Shown piece by piece: positions 35,171-44,191 of a stretch of DNA of 64,000 bases. The DNA lies in NCBI GenBank assembly GCA_017517035.1, contig JAFXAN010000083.1, forward strand, positions 27,853-91,852, written 5' to 3'. Made by a program: the position numbers and the translations under genes. Under the pieces are notes generated by a model. It was not told the DNA's origin, searched no databases, and saw only the letters and a program-made list of their open reading frames with translations. Position 1 is the stretch's first letter; each line of letters starts with the position of its first letter. The stretch comes from Clostridia bacterium (GTDB lineage Bacteria; Bacillota; Clostridia; Oscillospirales; CAG-272).

Positions 35171-36547
35171 TCACGACCATTCTCTGTCATTTGCCCATTC
35201 CTTATCCCAAGCAGAGCTATCCGCCCATTTATCGGGATATTTTGTGTGCATATGCTCTGAAATAAGCTCTTCGTTAAGATGGTCGATTCCAAGCCCCGGA
35301 GCATCGGGAACATCAATAAATCCATCCTTTATCAGCGGATTTGCAATTCCAATGGCAAGATCATTCCACCAAGGGCAATCAACCGAATGATATTCAAGAG
35401 CAAGAATATTCTGAATTGCTGCCGCCGTATGAACCGCAGCCATGCAGGCGATAGGGCTTTCAGCCATGTGGATCGCCATTGCAACACCGTATTTTTCGCA
35501 CATATCACCAAGCTTTTTCATCTCAAGAGCGCCGCCCACGGTAAGCATATCCGGATGGACAACCGAAACGCCGCCGCTCGCCATAAGAGGCTCATAGTTT
35601 TCATGGAGATAAATGTCCTCACCTGTGCATATCGGAATAGTTGTGGCGTTTGAGATCTTAACATAATGCTCTGTATAATGCCAAGGAGCAACATCCTCAA
35701 GCCAGGCAATGTTATATTTTTCAAGTCTTTTTGCGATGGCAATGCAATCATTTATATGAATGTGTCCGAGATGGTCAATTGCAAGCGGCACTTCATAACC
35801 GATAACGCTTCTTACCTCTTTTACATAGTTTTCGAGATAATCAATTCCCTTTTCGGTGACATGAATACCCGTTGCGTGGTGCGGAATGGTAAACACCTCA
35901 TAGTTTTTGCCGAGCATCATATCCATATCAACAGAGCCGTGTTGGTGTGTGATCGCTTTCATTGAATATTTCTTTATATCTTCAAGGAAACCAAGGGGTG
36001 CATTGAGACAGCCCGGCTCATCTATCATAAGTTCAATGCCAAGATCCATCTTAAGGAATGTAAAGCCTGCTTCCATTCGCTTTTTAAGAGCTTTTCCCAT
36101 ATCAGTTCCTGTGTGCTTGCCGTCAACATCGGTGTCACAATAAACACGGATCTTATCACGGAATTTTCCGCCGAGAAGCTGATAAAGCGGAACCCCGTAA
36201 GCTTTTCCAACAATATCCCAGAGAGCGATCTCGATGCCGGAAACTCCGCCGCCCTGTCGTGAATGTCCTCCAAACTGCTTAATCCTTCTGAAAAGCTTAT
36301 CAACATTAAGTGGGTTTTCTCCGATGATTCTGCTTTTAAGCATAAGTGCATATGTTGCACTTGAAGCGTCTCTGACCTCACCATAACCCACTATTCCCTG
36401 ATTTGTATATATTTTTATCAAGGGACAGTGCTTTGGTGCACCATTGATATTCGCAACACGCAGATCGGTAATGCGAAGCTCTGAAGGGGAAGAAGCGGTT
36501 CTTGTGTTGGTTTCTATCATTTCTTTAAAAAGTTTTGATTTTTCCAT
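35171..36547 (-). CDS. Enolase-superfamily (mandelate racemase/muconate-lactonizing family) acid-sugar dehydratase candidate
   Basis: GGVSGIEIALWDIVGKAYGVPLYQLLGG, with likely metal-ligand positions in AIDHLGH / AWLEDV / CTGED. I prefer ATG 36545-36547 (AAAGGA upstream) over the TTG at 36553. Confidence 0.75.
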   Translation of the reverse strand: MEKSKLFKEMIETNTRTASSPSELRITDLRVANINGAPKHCPLIKIYTNQGIVGYGEVRDASSATYALMLKSRIIGENPLNVDKLFRRIKQFGGHSRQGGGVSGIEIALWDIVGKAYGVPLYQLLGGKFRDKIRVYCDTDVDGKHTGTDMGKALKKRMEAGFTFLKMDLGIELMIDEPGCLNAPLGFLEDIKKYSMKAITHQHGSVDMDMMLGKNYEVFTIPHHATGIHVTEKGIDYLENYVKEVRSVIGYEVPLAIDHLGHIHINDCIAIAKRLEKYNIAWLEDVAPWHYTEHYVKISNATTIPICTGEDIYLHENYEPLMASGGVSVVHPDMLTVGGALEMKKLGDMCEKYGVAMAIHMAESPIACMAAVHTAAAIQNILALEYHSVDCPWWNDLAIGIANPLIKDGFIDVPDAPGLGIDHLNEELISEHMHTKYPDKWADSSAWDKEWANDREWS

Positions 36548-36574
36548 TGACAAATCCTTTCCTTTCGTGTAATA

Positions 36575-36630
36575 TATATTACGATAATTATAAAAGTATT
36601 TCCATGCAAAAACAACGATTATATTACGAT
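36575..36630. promoter_or_regulatory. 11-nt direct repeat TATATTACGAT x2 in the divergent AraC/dehydratase intergenic region (operator candidate)
   Basis: Exact copies at 36575-36585 and 36620-36630, with a 45-nt offset. Confidence 0.4.
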
Positions 36631-36662
36631 TTGATTATACTATATTATGATTGGAGAAGAAA

Positions 36663-37523
36663 ATGAGGTATAATGCAGCAAAACCTATTACCGATTCCGC
36701 AGGTCAGAATATCCTTCAGATGTATGAATCCGTGCCTGACAGTGAACGAGGAAATTTTTCCGAGCATCATCATACAGAGATCGAGCTTTGTTATGTTTTG
36801 AGCGGAAAAGGAAAATTCAAGGTCAGAGAAAAATACTATGATATACTGCCGGGAGCGGTATTTTTGTTTCCTTCGAACGAAGTACACTGGATCGAAAGCA
36901 TAGAAAGCGGTGACAGGCTTTGTTTTCTTGATCTGAAATTCGAGCCGCGTCTTATTTGGTCGCCACAACTCAATCTTTTTGATGATAATTGTCTGCGAGG
37001 ACTTTTTGGTTCCGACTGCACTAATTATATTTCTCCCGATATGCCGATATCCGCTGTTATAGGCGAAATTATGAAGGAGATGCACAATGAGTGTCTCGGT
37101 GAAGAAAAAGGAAGCGAGATCATGGTTAAAAGCGATCTTTATCGTTTGCTTGTTTTGCTTCTTCGAAATGAGAATAGCCATGGTTATGAGGCCTCTGTGG
37201 GCAACATCGAAAATTTGAAGAACATAGAAAAAGCAATTCAGTATATAAATTCAAATCTTTCAAAAAAGTTTACTCTTGAGGAGCTTGCTGATATTTCCTG
37301 CTTCAGCAGAACATATTTTTCGGCACTTTTTAAATCGCTTAACGGTGTCTCTCCTTGGGAATATATCAATATCAAGCGTATCGAAAAGGCAAAAATGATG
37401 CTTTCGGAAACAAATGACACCATTCTCTATATCGCCAACGAATGCGGATTCGGAAATCTCTCTAATTTCAATAGAATCTTCAGGAAGATCACGGGAAAGA
37501 AGCCTTCCGATTACAGAAAATGA
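36663..37523 (+). CDS. AraC-family transcriptional regulator (cupin + HTH_AraC)
   Basis: HHHTEIELCYVLSGKGKF cupin part. The C-terminal part reads LEELADISCFSRTYFSALFKSLNGVSPWEY...GFGNLSNFNRIFRKITGKKPSDYR. ATG 36663 after GGAGAAG. Confidence 0.85.
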   Translation: MRYNAAKPITDSAGQNILQMYESVPDSERGNFSEHHHTEIELCYVLSGKGKFKVREKYYDILPGAVFLFPSNEVHWIESIESGDRLCFLDLKFEPRLIWSPQLNLFDDNCLRGLFGSDCTNYISPDMPISAVIGEIMKEMHNECLGEEKGSEIMVKSDLYRLLVLLLRNENSHGYEASVGNIENLKNIEKAIQYINSNLSKKFTLEELADISCFSRTYFSALFKSLNGVSPWEYINIKRIEKAKMMLSETNDTILYIANECGFGNLSNFNRIFRKITGKKPSDYRK

Positions 37524-37532
37524 TCATATAGC

Positions 37533-37563
37533 AAAAATCAAGGACATTTTGTCCTTGATTTTT
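37533..37563. terminator. Bidirectional intrinsic terminator
   Basis: AAAAATCAAGGAC-ATTTT-GTCCTTGATTTTT. Confidence 0.85.
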
Positions 37564-37565
37564 GA

Positions 37566-38369
37566 TTATTTCTTCAGTTCAAGAGTTCTTTCATAAGCTT
37601 TTTTTACAGCATTAATGGCAGAAGCTCGGAAAGCTCCGTCTTCAAGTGCATGAACACCTGCAATAGTAGTGCCGCCTGGACTGCACACTGCGTCCTTGAG
37701 TACGCCCGGATGCTTGCCCGATTCTTCAAGTAATTTTGCGGCACCGAGAAGCGTTTGCGCAGCATAAAGCATTGCTTTATCCCTTGGAAGTCCGCATTCA
37801 ACCGCACCGTCGGAAAGTGCTTCCGCAAACATATAAACGAATGCAGGACCGCATCCAGAAAGAGCACTTGCGGCATCAATTTTATCCTCAGGCAGCATAT
37901 CAAGCTTCCCTGCCATAGAAAGAAGATTTTCAAAAAAACTCAATTGTTCCTCGCTTACCGAGTTGTTTGGGGAATAAAGAATCATTCCCTCTCCTACAGA
38001 AACAGGAGTGTTAGGCATAATACGAATAACAGAACAATTGCAGTCTGCCATTTTTTCAACTGCAGAAATAGATACACCTGCTGCCATTGAAATCAGAACA
38101 AAGTTATCTTTTCTTGATTTTAAAACGGAAGAGATGGCAGCAAAAAGAGTCTCAAAGCCTTGAGGCTTAACACCGAGAAAAATATAATCACAATTCCGAG
38201 CAACATTTTCAAGCTCTGCAACATTTGCTCCGTATTTTTTTGCAAGCTCTTCTGCTTTTTCGGCAAAAGTATCACATAAATAAATATCTTCACCCGAAAC
38301 GACCTTTGCAGCGGCACTGACAAGTGCGCCGCCCATATTTCCGCATCCGATAAAACCGATTTTTTTCAT
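37566..38369 (-). CDS. proC: Pyrroline-5-carboxylate reductase
   Basis: KIGFIGCGNMGGAL, IRIMPNTP, and SPGGTTIAG near the C-terminus. Confidence 0.9.
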   Translation of the reverse strand: MKKIGFIGCGNMGGALVSAAAKVVSGEDIYLCDTFAEKAEELAKKYGANVAELENVARNCDYIFLGVKPQGFETLFAAISSVLKSRKDNFVLISMAAGVSISAVEKMADCNCSVIRIMPNTPVSVGEGMILYSPNNSVSEEQLSFFENLLSMAGKLDMLPEDKIDAASALSGCGPAFVYMFAEALSDGAVECGLPRDKAMLYAAQTLLGAAKLLEESGKHPGVLKDAVCSPGGTTIAGVHALEDGAFRASAINAVKKAYERTLELKK

Positions 38370-38378
38370 ATTTTCTCC

Positions 38379-39626
38379 TTATCTTATCTGACCGTTTCCG
38401 GTGATAACATATTTATAAGCAGTAAGCTCCGAAAGACCCATAGGCCCTCTTGCATGGAGCTTTTGAGTTGAGATGCCTATCTCGCAACCGAGACCAAACT
38501 CCCCTCCGTCTGTAAATCTTGTTGAAGCATTAACATATACGGATGAGCTATCGACGGCGGCTGTGAAATATGCGGCATTCTTTTCGTTTTTTGTTATAAT
38601 TGCTTCGCTATGGTGAGTAGAATGCTTTGAAATATGTGCAACTGCCTCCTTAACATCCGACACAATAGCAACTGCAAGGATATAGTCGAGAAATTCAGTG
38701 TCGAAATCATTCTCCGAGGCTGCTTTTCCCTCGATTATCTCAGCGGCTTCCCTATCAAGCCTCAGCTCAACAGGATTATTATCTCTGCTGTCAACAAGGC
38801 GATTTTTTAGCTTGGGCAAGAAATCTTCAGCGATTTTGCGGTTGACAAGGCAAACCTCCTCGGCATTACACACGGAAGGACGGCTTGTTTTTGCATTTTC
38901 GATAATATTCAATGCCATATCAATATCCGCATCGTCGTCGACATAAATATGACAGATACCCGTTCCTGTCTGGATACAAGGCACTTTTGCATTTTCCACA
39001 CAAGCTCTTATGAGTCCTGCACCGCCTCTCGGAATGAGAAGATCAACATATTCCGTTGCGGTCATAAGCTCATTTGCGCCTGCTCTTGTGGTGTCTTCAA
39101 GCATATTCACAAATGTCTTGGGAAGCCCTACGCTTTGAAGTCCTTTGCGCATTGCGTCGACGATCGCAAGAGAGCTTTTATAAGCTTCCTTTCCGCCACG
39201 GAGAATGCAGACATTACCGCTTTTCAGAGCCAATGCAGCAGCATCGGATGTTACATTTGGTCTGCTTTCGTAAATAATAGCAACAACGCCCATAGGAACT
39301 CTGACCTTATTGATAACAAGACCGTTGGGGCGCACATTCTGTTCGATCACCTTGCCTACAGGATCATCAAGCTCACAAACTTGACGAATACCGTCAGCCA
39401 TTCCGCAGATCCTATCGTGTGTAAGGCGAAGTCTGTCTATCATAACATCGCTGATGGTGCCTATTGCATTCTCGATGTCCTCGGCATTTGCCGCAAGAAT
39501 TTTTACTTCATCGTTTAGGAGAGCCTCTGCCATTGCCATGAGAGCTTTATTTTTTGTTTCTGTATCAAGCAAAGCAAGCTCGGGCGCAGATGCCTTTGCC
39601 GCCTTTAAAATTTCAAGTGTAGTCAT
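38379..39626 (-). CDS. proA: Glutamate-5-semialdehyde dehydrogenase (gamma-glutamyl phosphate reductase)
   Basis: 415 aa. [30 protein letters not shown]. Positioned between proB and proC. Confidence 0.9.
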   Translation of the reverse strand: MTTLEILKAAKASAPELALLDTETKNKALMAMAEALLNDEVKILAANAEDIENAIGTISDVMIDRLRLTHDRICGMADGIRQVCELDDPVGKVIEQNVRPNGLVINKVRVPMGVVAIIYESRPNVTSDAAALALKSGNVCILRGGKEAYKSSLAIVDAMRKGLQSVGLPKTFVNMLEDTTRAGANELMTATEYVDLLIPRGGAGLIRACVENAKVPCIQTGTGICHIYVDDDADIDMALNIIENAKTSRPSVCNAEEVCLVNRKIAEDFLPKLKNRLVDSRDNNPVELRLDREAAEIIEGKAASENDFDTEFLDYILAVAIVSDVKEAVAHISKHSTHHSEAIITKNEKNAAYFTAAVDSSSVYVNASTRFTDGGEFGLGCEIGISTQKLHARGPMGLSELTAYKYVITGNGQIR

Positions 39627-39629
39627 ATT

Positions 39630-40397
39630 TCAGCCTTTCGGAAAGAATCTTGTTCCAACTTTTTTACCGTCAAAAAGATCATAAAGAAGACTTGGGTCTT
39701 CGCCATTGAGAATCACCATCTCACAGCCTGCCTGCGCACAAAGCTCTGCGGCATGAAGCTTTGTTTTCATTCCGCCTGTGCCAAGCGACGAACCGACACC
39801 GCCTGCAAGAGCCATAATTTCGGGCGTAAGCTTATCAACCACATCAATCAGCTTTGCATTTGGATCTTTATGTGGATCTGCGGTATAAAGACCGTCGATG
39901 TCCGAGAGAAGGATTAGCATTTCCGCGCCGATACTGGTTGCAACGATGGCAGAAAGTGTGTCATTATCGCCAACCTTGATCTCCTCGGTTGCGATTGTGT
40001 CATTTTCGTTTATGATCGGAAGAACATCAAGCTCAAGAAGCCGTGTCATTGTGTTTCTGAAGTTTTCAAATCTGTCGTCATGGCGGAAATCTGAGCCTGT
40101 AAGCAGAATCTGGGCAACTGTGTGATTATATTCCTGAAAGAGCTTATCATATGTATACATAAGCTCGCACTGCCCGACTGCTGCCGCCGCCTGCTTTGTG
40201 GGGATATCCTGCGGACGCTCCTTTAAGGAGAGCTTTCCAATGCCCATTCCGATAGCACCTGACGAAACAAGTATGATTTCATGCCCGCTGTTTTTAAGAT
40301 CGCTCAAAACTCTGCAAAGAGCTTCAACTCTGCGTATATTCAAATGCCCTGTGTGATGAGCAAGTGTCGATGTTCCGACTTTAACTACGATTCTCAT
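39630..40397 (-). CDS. proB: Glutamate 5-kinase, short form without PUA domain
   Basis: RIVVKVGTSTL, VSSGAIGMG, GDNDTLSA, GTGGMKTK. The length of 255 aa shows no PUA domain is present. Confidence 0.9.
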   Translation of the reverse strand: MRIVVKVGTSTLAHHTGHLNIRRVEALCRVLSDLKNSGHEIILVSSGAIGMGIGKLSLKERPQDIPTKQAAAAVGQCELMYTYDKLFQEYNHTVAQILLTGSDFRHDDRFENFRNTMTRLLELDVLPIINENDTIATEEIKVGDNDTLSAIVATSIGAEMLILLSDIDGLYTADPHKDPNAKLIDVVDKLTPEIMALAGGVGSSLGTGGMKTKLHAAELCAQAGCEMVILNGEDPSLLYDLFDGKKVGTRFFPKG

Positions 40398-40429
40398 TTT
40401 AATGATCCTTTACTTTAATATGATAATAC

Positions 40430-40458
40430 ATTATACTACTAATAAGTCTTTAAGTCAA
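40430..40458 (-). promoter_or_regulatory. Consensus-like sigma-A promoter of proBAC
   Basis: Minus strand: TTGACT (40453-40458), 17 nt, TATAAT (40430-40435). Confidence 0.7.
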
Positions 40459-40470
40459 GTAAATTTAACA

Positions 40471-40497
40471 AAAAAGGTCGGTTTTCACCGACCTTTT
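40471..40497 (-). terminator. Intrinsic terminator after the amino-acid ABC / FAD-oxidoreductase operon
   Basis: Minus strand: AAAAGGTCGG-TGAAAA-CCGACCTTTTTT. Confidence 0.85.
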
Positions 40498-40503
40498 ACA
40501 ATT

Positions 40504-41892
40504 TTATATAAGCTTTCTTCCCATGAGAACACCCATAACGGATGCCATCATAAGACCTCTTGTCCAGCCGCTGGAGTCGCCAAGGCAATGAAGCCCCTTG
40601 ATATTGGTATTGAAATCTTCATCCATCTTTACTCTGTTGCTGTAGAATTTTAGTTCCGGAGAATAAAGAAGTGTTTCGGTCGATGCAACACCGGGAACTA
40701 CAGTATCCATTGCTTGGATGAAATTGATGATATTCGTCATCGCTCTATAAGGCATTGCGGCGGTTATATCTCCCGCAACGGCATCTGGAAGCGACGGACG
40801 GAGATTTGACTGGGAAAGCTCCTTTGGCCATGTTCTCTTACCGTCGAGAATATCTCCGAATCTCTGAACAAGAATATGTCCCGCACCGAGCATATTGGTA
40901 AGCTCGCCAACCTTCTGTGCATATTCTATAGGCTGATTGAACGGGGTGCTGAAATTGTGAGAACAAAGAATAGCGAAATTCGTATTGTTTGATTTCAGCT
41001 CCTTATAGGAATGTCCGTTCACAACAGCAAGATCATTATCGTAATTCTCTTGGCTGACAAATCCACCGGGATTCTGACAGAAGGTTCTCACCTTGTTTTT
41101 GAAAGGATGAGGATAGCCAACAAGCTTTGCCTCATAAAGAACCTTATTTACCTTTTCCATGATCTCGTTTCTGACCTCAACTCTGACACCGATGTCAACT
41201 GTGCCGGGAGCATGAGCAATATTATGCTCGGCGCAAAGCTTTTCAAGCCAATCTGCGCCTCTTCTGCCCGTTGCAACAACAACGTGCTCCGCAAGCATCT
41301 CAAAGGTCTTACCTTTTTGAGAAAGTGTTACGCCTCTGCAAACATCGTCATCAAGTATAATATCAACGCATTCGCAGTCGAAAATTATCTCAACTCCGTT
41401 TTCAAGGAGATATTTTTCAATCGAATAGTAAATATCCTGAGCTTTTTCGGTTCCCAGATGTCTTATGGGGCAATCTACAAGCTTAAGACCTGCCTTTATG
41501 GCATTTTTTCTGATCTCCTTTACCTCATCTGTGTTTTCAAGACCTTCAACATGTGTATCCGCACCGAACTCAAGATAAATGCTATCAGTATAGTCAATTG
41601 TTTCCTGTGCAAGATCCTCACCAATGAGACTCGGAAGATCACCGCCTACTTCATAGCTGAGGGAAAGCTTACCGTCCGAGAAAGCTCCGGCTCCTGAAAA
41701 TCCTGTTGTGATATGGCAATGAGGCTTACAATTTACGCACTGTTTTGTTTTGTGCTTGGGGCATCTGCGCTTTTCGATGGCAACGCCCTTTTCTATTATG
41801 GTGATTTTTTTATTGCTGCCTTTTTTGAGCATTTCAAGTGCTGTAAAAATGCCCGCAGGTCCTGCACCGATTATTATTACATTATTATTCAT
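40504..41892 (-). CDS. NAD(P)/FAD-dependent oxidoreductase (COG2509-like)
   Basis: NVIIIGAGPAGIFTALEM Rossmann motif, Cys-rich insert CPKHKTKQCVNCKPHC. 462 aa, GGAGTG RBS. Confidence 0.7.
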   Translation of the reverse strand: MNNNVIIIGAGPAGIFTALEMLKKGSNKKITIIEKGVAIEKRRCPKHKTKQCVNCKPHCHITTGFSGAGAFSDGKLSLSYEVGGDLPSLIGEDLAQETIDYTDSIYLEFGADTHVEGLENTDEVKEIRKNAIKAGLKLVDCPIRHLGTEKAQDIYYSIEKYLLENGVEIIFDCECVDIILDDDVCRGVTLSQKGKTFEMLAEHVVVATGRRGADWLEKLCAEHNIAHAPGTVDIGVRVEVRNEIMEKVNKVLYEAKLVGYPHPFKNKVRTFCQNPGGFVSQENYDNDLAVVNGHSYKELKSNNTNFAILCSHNFSTPFNQPIEYAQKVGELTNMLGAGHILVQRFGDILDGKRTWPKELSQSNLRPSLPDAVAGDITAAMPYRAMTNIINFIQAMDTVVPGVASTETLLYSPELKFYSNRVKMDEDFNTNIKGLHCLGDSSGWTRGLMMASVMGVLMGRKLI

Positions 41893-41903
41893 ATTTCACT
41901 CCA

Positions 41904-42647
41904 TTATAATACGCTCTGCAAAAATTGCTTCGTTCTTGGATTTTGTGGATCAGTAAAGATCTTTTTAGGCTCGCCCTGTTCGGCAATTCCTCTGTCGCAA
42001 ACAAACAAGATCCTATCCGCAACCTCTCGGGCAAATCCCATTTCGTGTGTTACAACAGCCATTGTCATGCCCTCGGAGGCAAGACTTTTCATAACATCAA
42101 GCACTTCACCGACCATTTCAGGATCAAGAGCTGATGTCGGCTCATCAAAAAGCATGAATTCAGGCTTCATCATAAGCGCTCTTACGATAGCAATTCTCTG
42201 CTTCTGACCGCCGGAGAGCTGATTTGGATAAGCATCCGCCTTTTCGTCAAGACCAACACGGCGGAGAAGCCTGTGACCTTCAGCTTCTGCCTCTGCCTTT
42301 GGCATTTTCAGCAGCTTCATCGGGGCAATAGTAATATTTTTCATGACAGTCATATGAGGAAAGAGATTAAACTGCTGAAAAACCATTCCTATCTTTTGTC
42401 GGAGCTTATTGATATCGCTTTTTTTATCGGTTATATTTGTACCGTCAAAATAAATCTCGCCGCCTGTTGGCTCTTCGAGAAGGTTAAGGCAACGCAAAAG
42501 CGTTGATTTTCCACCACCCGAAGGACCGATTATACAAACGACCTCGCCTTTATAGATCGTAAGGTCAACATTCTCCAGAACTGTGAGGCTGCCGAAGGCT
42601 TTTGTGAGATTTTTAACTTCTATAATTTTTTTGCTGTTATCTATCAC
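41904..42647 (-). CDS. Amino-acid ABC transporter ATP-binding protein (GlnQ/HisP-like)
   Basis: [37 protein letters not shown] prefer the GTG start at 42645-42647 (AAGAGG upstream, 11-nt overlap with the permease). ATG 42704 would overlap by 68 nt. Confidence 0.85.
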   Translation of the reverse strand: MIDNSKKIIEVKNLTKAFGSLTVLENVDLTIYKGEVVCIIGPSGGGKSTLLRCLNLLEEPTGGEIYFDGTNITDKKSDINKLRQKIGMVFQQFNLFPHMTVMKNITIAPMKLLKMPKAEAEAEGHRLLRRVGLDEKADAYPNQLSGGQKQRIAIVRALMMKPEFMLFDEPTSALDPEMVGEVLDVMKSLASEGMTMAVVTHEMGFAREVADRILFVCDRGIAEQGEPKKIFTDPQNPRTKQFLQSVL

Positions 42648-44115
42648 CTTTTTGCAACCTCTTTTCAAGTAAACTAACGAGATATGTAAGTCCCAGAACC
42701 ACAACGAGATATATAAGAGCCACTGCTATTAGCGGCATGAAATTACTGTATGTTATGGAACGAATGGTTATTCCACCCTTTGTCAGATCACCGACACCGA
42801 TATAGAATGCAACAGAAGATTCCTTAAGAAGCGTGATGAACTCATTTGCAAGTGCAGGAAGAACCGCTTTGAAAGCCTGGGGTATCACAATATGATACAT
42901 GGTCTGCCAATATGTAAAGCCAAGGCTGCGTCCGGCTTCTGTCTGACCGTTATCTACCGACATAATACCGCCTCTGACAATTTCGGCAACATAAGCACCG
43001 GAATTTAGTCCAAAGCAAAGGACAGCAGAGCCGAATTTATCAATGGCAAAAAATGCAACGATTTTCGACATGATCATGTTCCCGCCATCGGCAAGAGCTG
43101 CCGAATAATTAAGCATTATCTGTCGGAGCGGCAGAAGCATTACAAAATAAATTATGAGAAGCTGAACCATAACAGGAGTTCCCCTGATTATTGAAACATA
43201 AACACGGCAAATCGCATCGAGAATCTTCGCTTTTCCGGTCTTGCTGTTTGTAACTCTGATTATTGCAACCAGGAAGCCGATCACGATACCGATGATCAGC
43301 GCAAAAAATGTTATTCTGAGAGTTGTCCAAAGTCCGCCCGTAAGATGCTTCCAGTTAGAATTGTTTATAAAATTACGCTGGAATTCATCCTTCATATCAG
43401 ACCACCAATTGGAAAGGAATGTGCCATTATTTGGCTCATTTCCGTCATAATTTGTAAGTGCAAAGCAATCTGAAATACCGGTTCTCAATGTGTTGAGATT
43501 TGTTATATCTATGATCTCATCATTATAGACGATCTCATTCGTTTCGTTTATCAGTTTCAGCGCATCGAGAACACCGCCATAGCAGGTATTAACGGTTTCA
43601 TATGAGAGATACATTCTCATTTCACCATCATTCATCTGATAAATAAGTATTTCACATTCGCCTGAGATAAGATCCGCATTCTCATATGCTTCTTTTATAA
43701 TAGGAGTAGCAACCTTCATGCGTATATTTGTACCGCTTGTCTTTGTTCCGCTTGCTTCTCTCTCAATATAATAAGAATAAACAGCAGAAAACAGCTCGCT
43801 TTTTTTATCTTCGATGATGGCTCCGATGTTTTTTGTTTCATACGAGCAGTTAAGAGAAAATCTTCTGTTTCCGATACTGCTTACCGAATTGACATTTACT
43901 TTAGCCCCATCGGTAATTATCGTAGCTACCTTTGGCAGAGAAGAAATATTCTCATCAACTATCTTTTGTGCTTCGTCAATGGATAACTCACGCTCAGGCT
44001 CGATTCCCATGCCATCAATTATGATAACTGCAACAATAATTACAGCAATCACCAATAATGCTATGAGCGTCTTTAACCAAATATTTAGAGGTTTTTTGTT
44101 TTTTATTGCACTCAT
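42637..44115 (-). CDS. Amino-acid ABC transporter permease with an extra N-terminal TM plus ~220-aa extracytoplasmic domain
   Basis: The C-terminal ~230 aa is a typical HisM/GlnP TMD ([36 protein letters not shown]). The N-terminal 260 aa has one TM and then a soluble region with no motif I recognise. Confidence 0.8.
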   Translation of the reverse strand: MSAIKNKKPLNIWLKTLIALLVIAVIIVAVIIIDGMGIEPERELSIDEAQKIVDENISSLPKVATIITDGAKVNVNSVSSIGNRRFSLNCSYETKNIGAIIEDKKSELFSAVYSYYIEREASGTKTSGTNIRMKVATPIIKEAYENADLISGECEILIYQMNDGEMRMYLSYETVNTCYGGVLDALKLINETNEIVYNDEIIDITNLNTLRTGISDCFALTNYDGNEPNNGTFLSNWWSDMKDEFQRNFINNSNWKHLTGGLWTTLRITFFALIIGIVIGFLVAIIRVTNSKTGKAKILDAICRVYVSIIRGTPVMVQLLIIYFVMLLPLRQIMLNYSAALADGGNMIMSKIVAFFAIDKFGSAVLCFGLNSGAYVAEIVRGGIMSVDNGQTEAGRSLGFTYWQTMYHIVIPQAFKAVLPALANEFITLLKESSVAFYIGVGDLTKGGITIRSITYSNFMPLIAVALIYLVVVLGLTYLVSLLEKRLQKGDR

Positions 44116-44136
44116 TAAAATTCTCCGTTACACAGC

Positions 44137-44164
44137 AAAAAGGAATGATTTCTCATTCCTTTTT
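44137..44164 (-). terminator. Intra-operon terminator/attenuator between the binding-protein and permease genes
   Basis: Minus strand: AAAAAGGAATGA-GAAA-TCATTCCTTTTT, 20 nt upstream of the permease GGAG RBS. Confidence 0.7.
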
Positions 44165-44191
44165 GCCCCACAATTGTTTATTGGCAAATAA

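Noticed and set aside
40398-40470. T-box or attenuator leader upstream of proBAC
   Set aside because: The promoter sits only ~30 nt from the proB ATG. There is no space for a T-box, and no specifier or antiterminator sequences are present.
41011-41697. Long antisense ORFs: 228 aa here, plus 33692..34360 (222 aa), 4815..5462 (215 aa), 38949..39518 (189 aa), 55353..55916 (187 aa), 4058..4588 and 12576..13037
   Set aside because: Each lies entirely opposite a gene with strong family signatures. They lack an RBS and have low-complexity, Cys/Ile/Phe/Asn-rich composition typical of the antisense frame of AT-rich genes. I have no evidence of overlapping coding.
42648-42704. ATG 42704 as the start of the ABC ATPase
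   Set aside because: It would overlap the permease gene by 68 nt and add 19 residues ([19 protein letters not shown]) not typical of GlnQ-type ATPases. The GTG at 42647 with AAGAGG upstream fits better, though this remains unverified.
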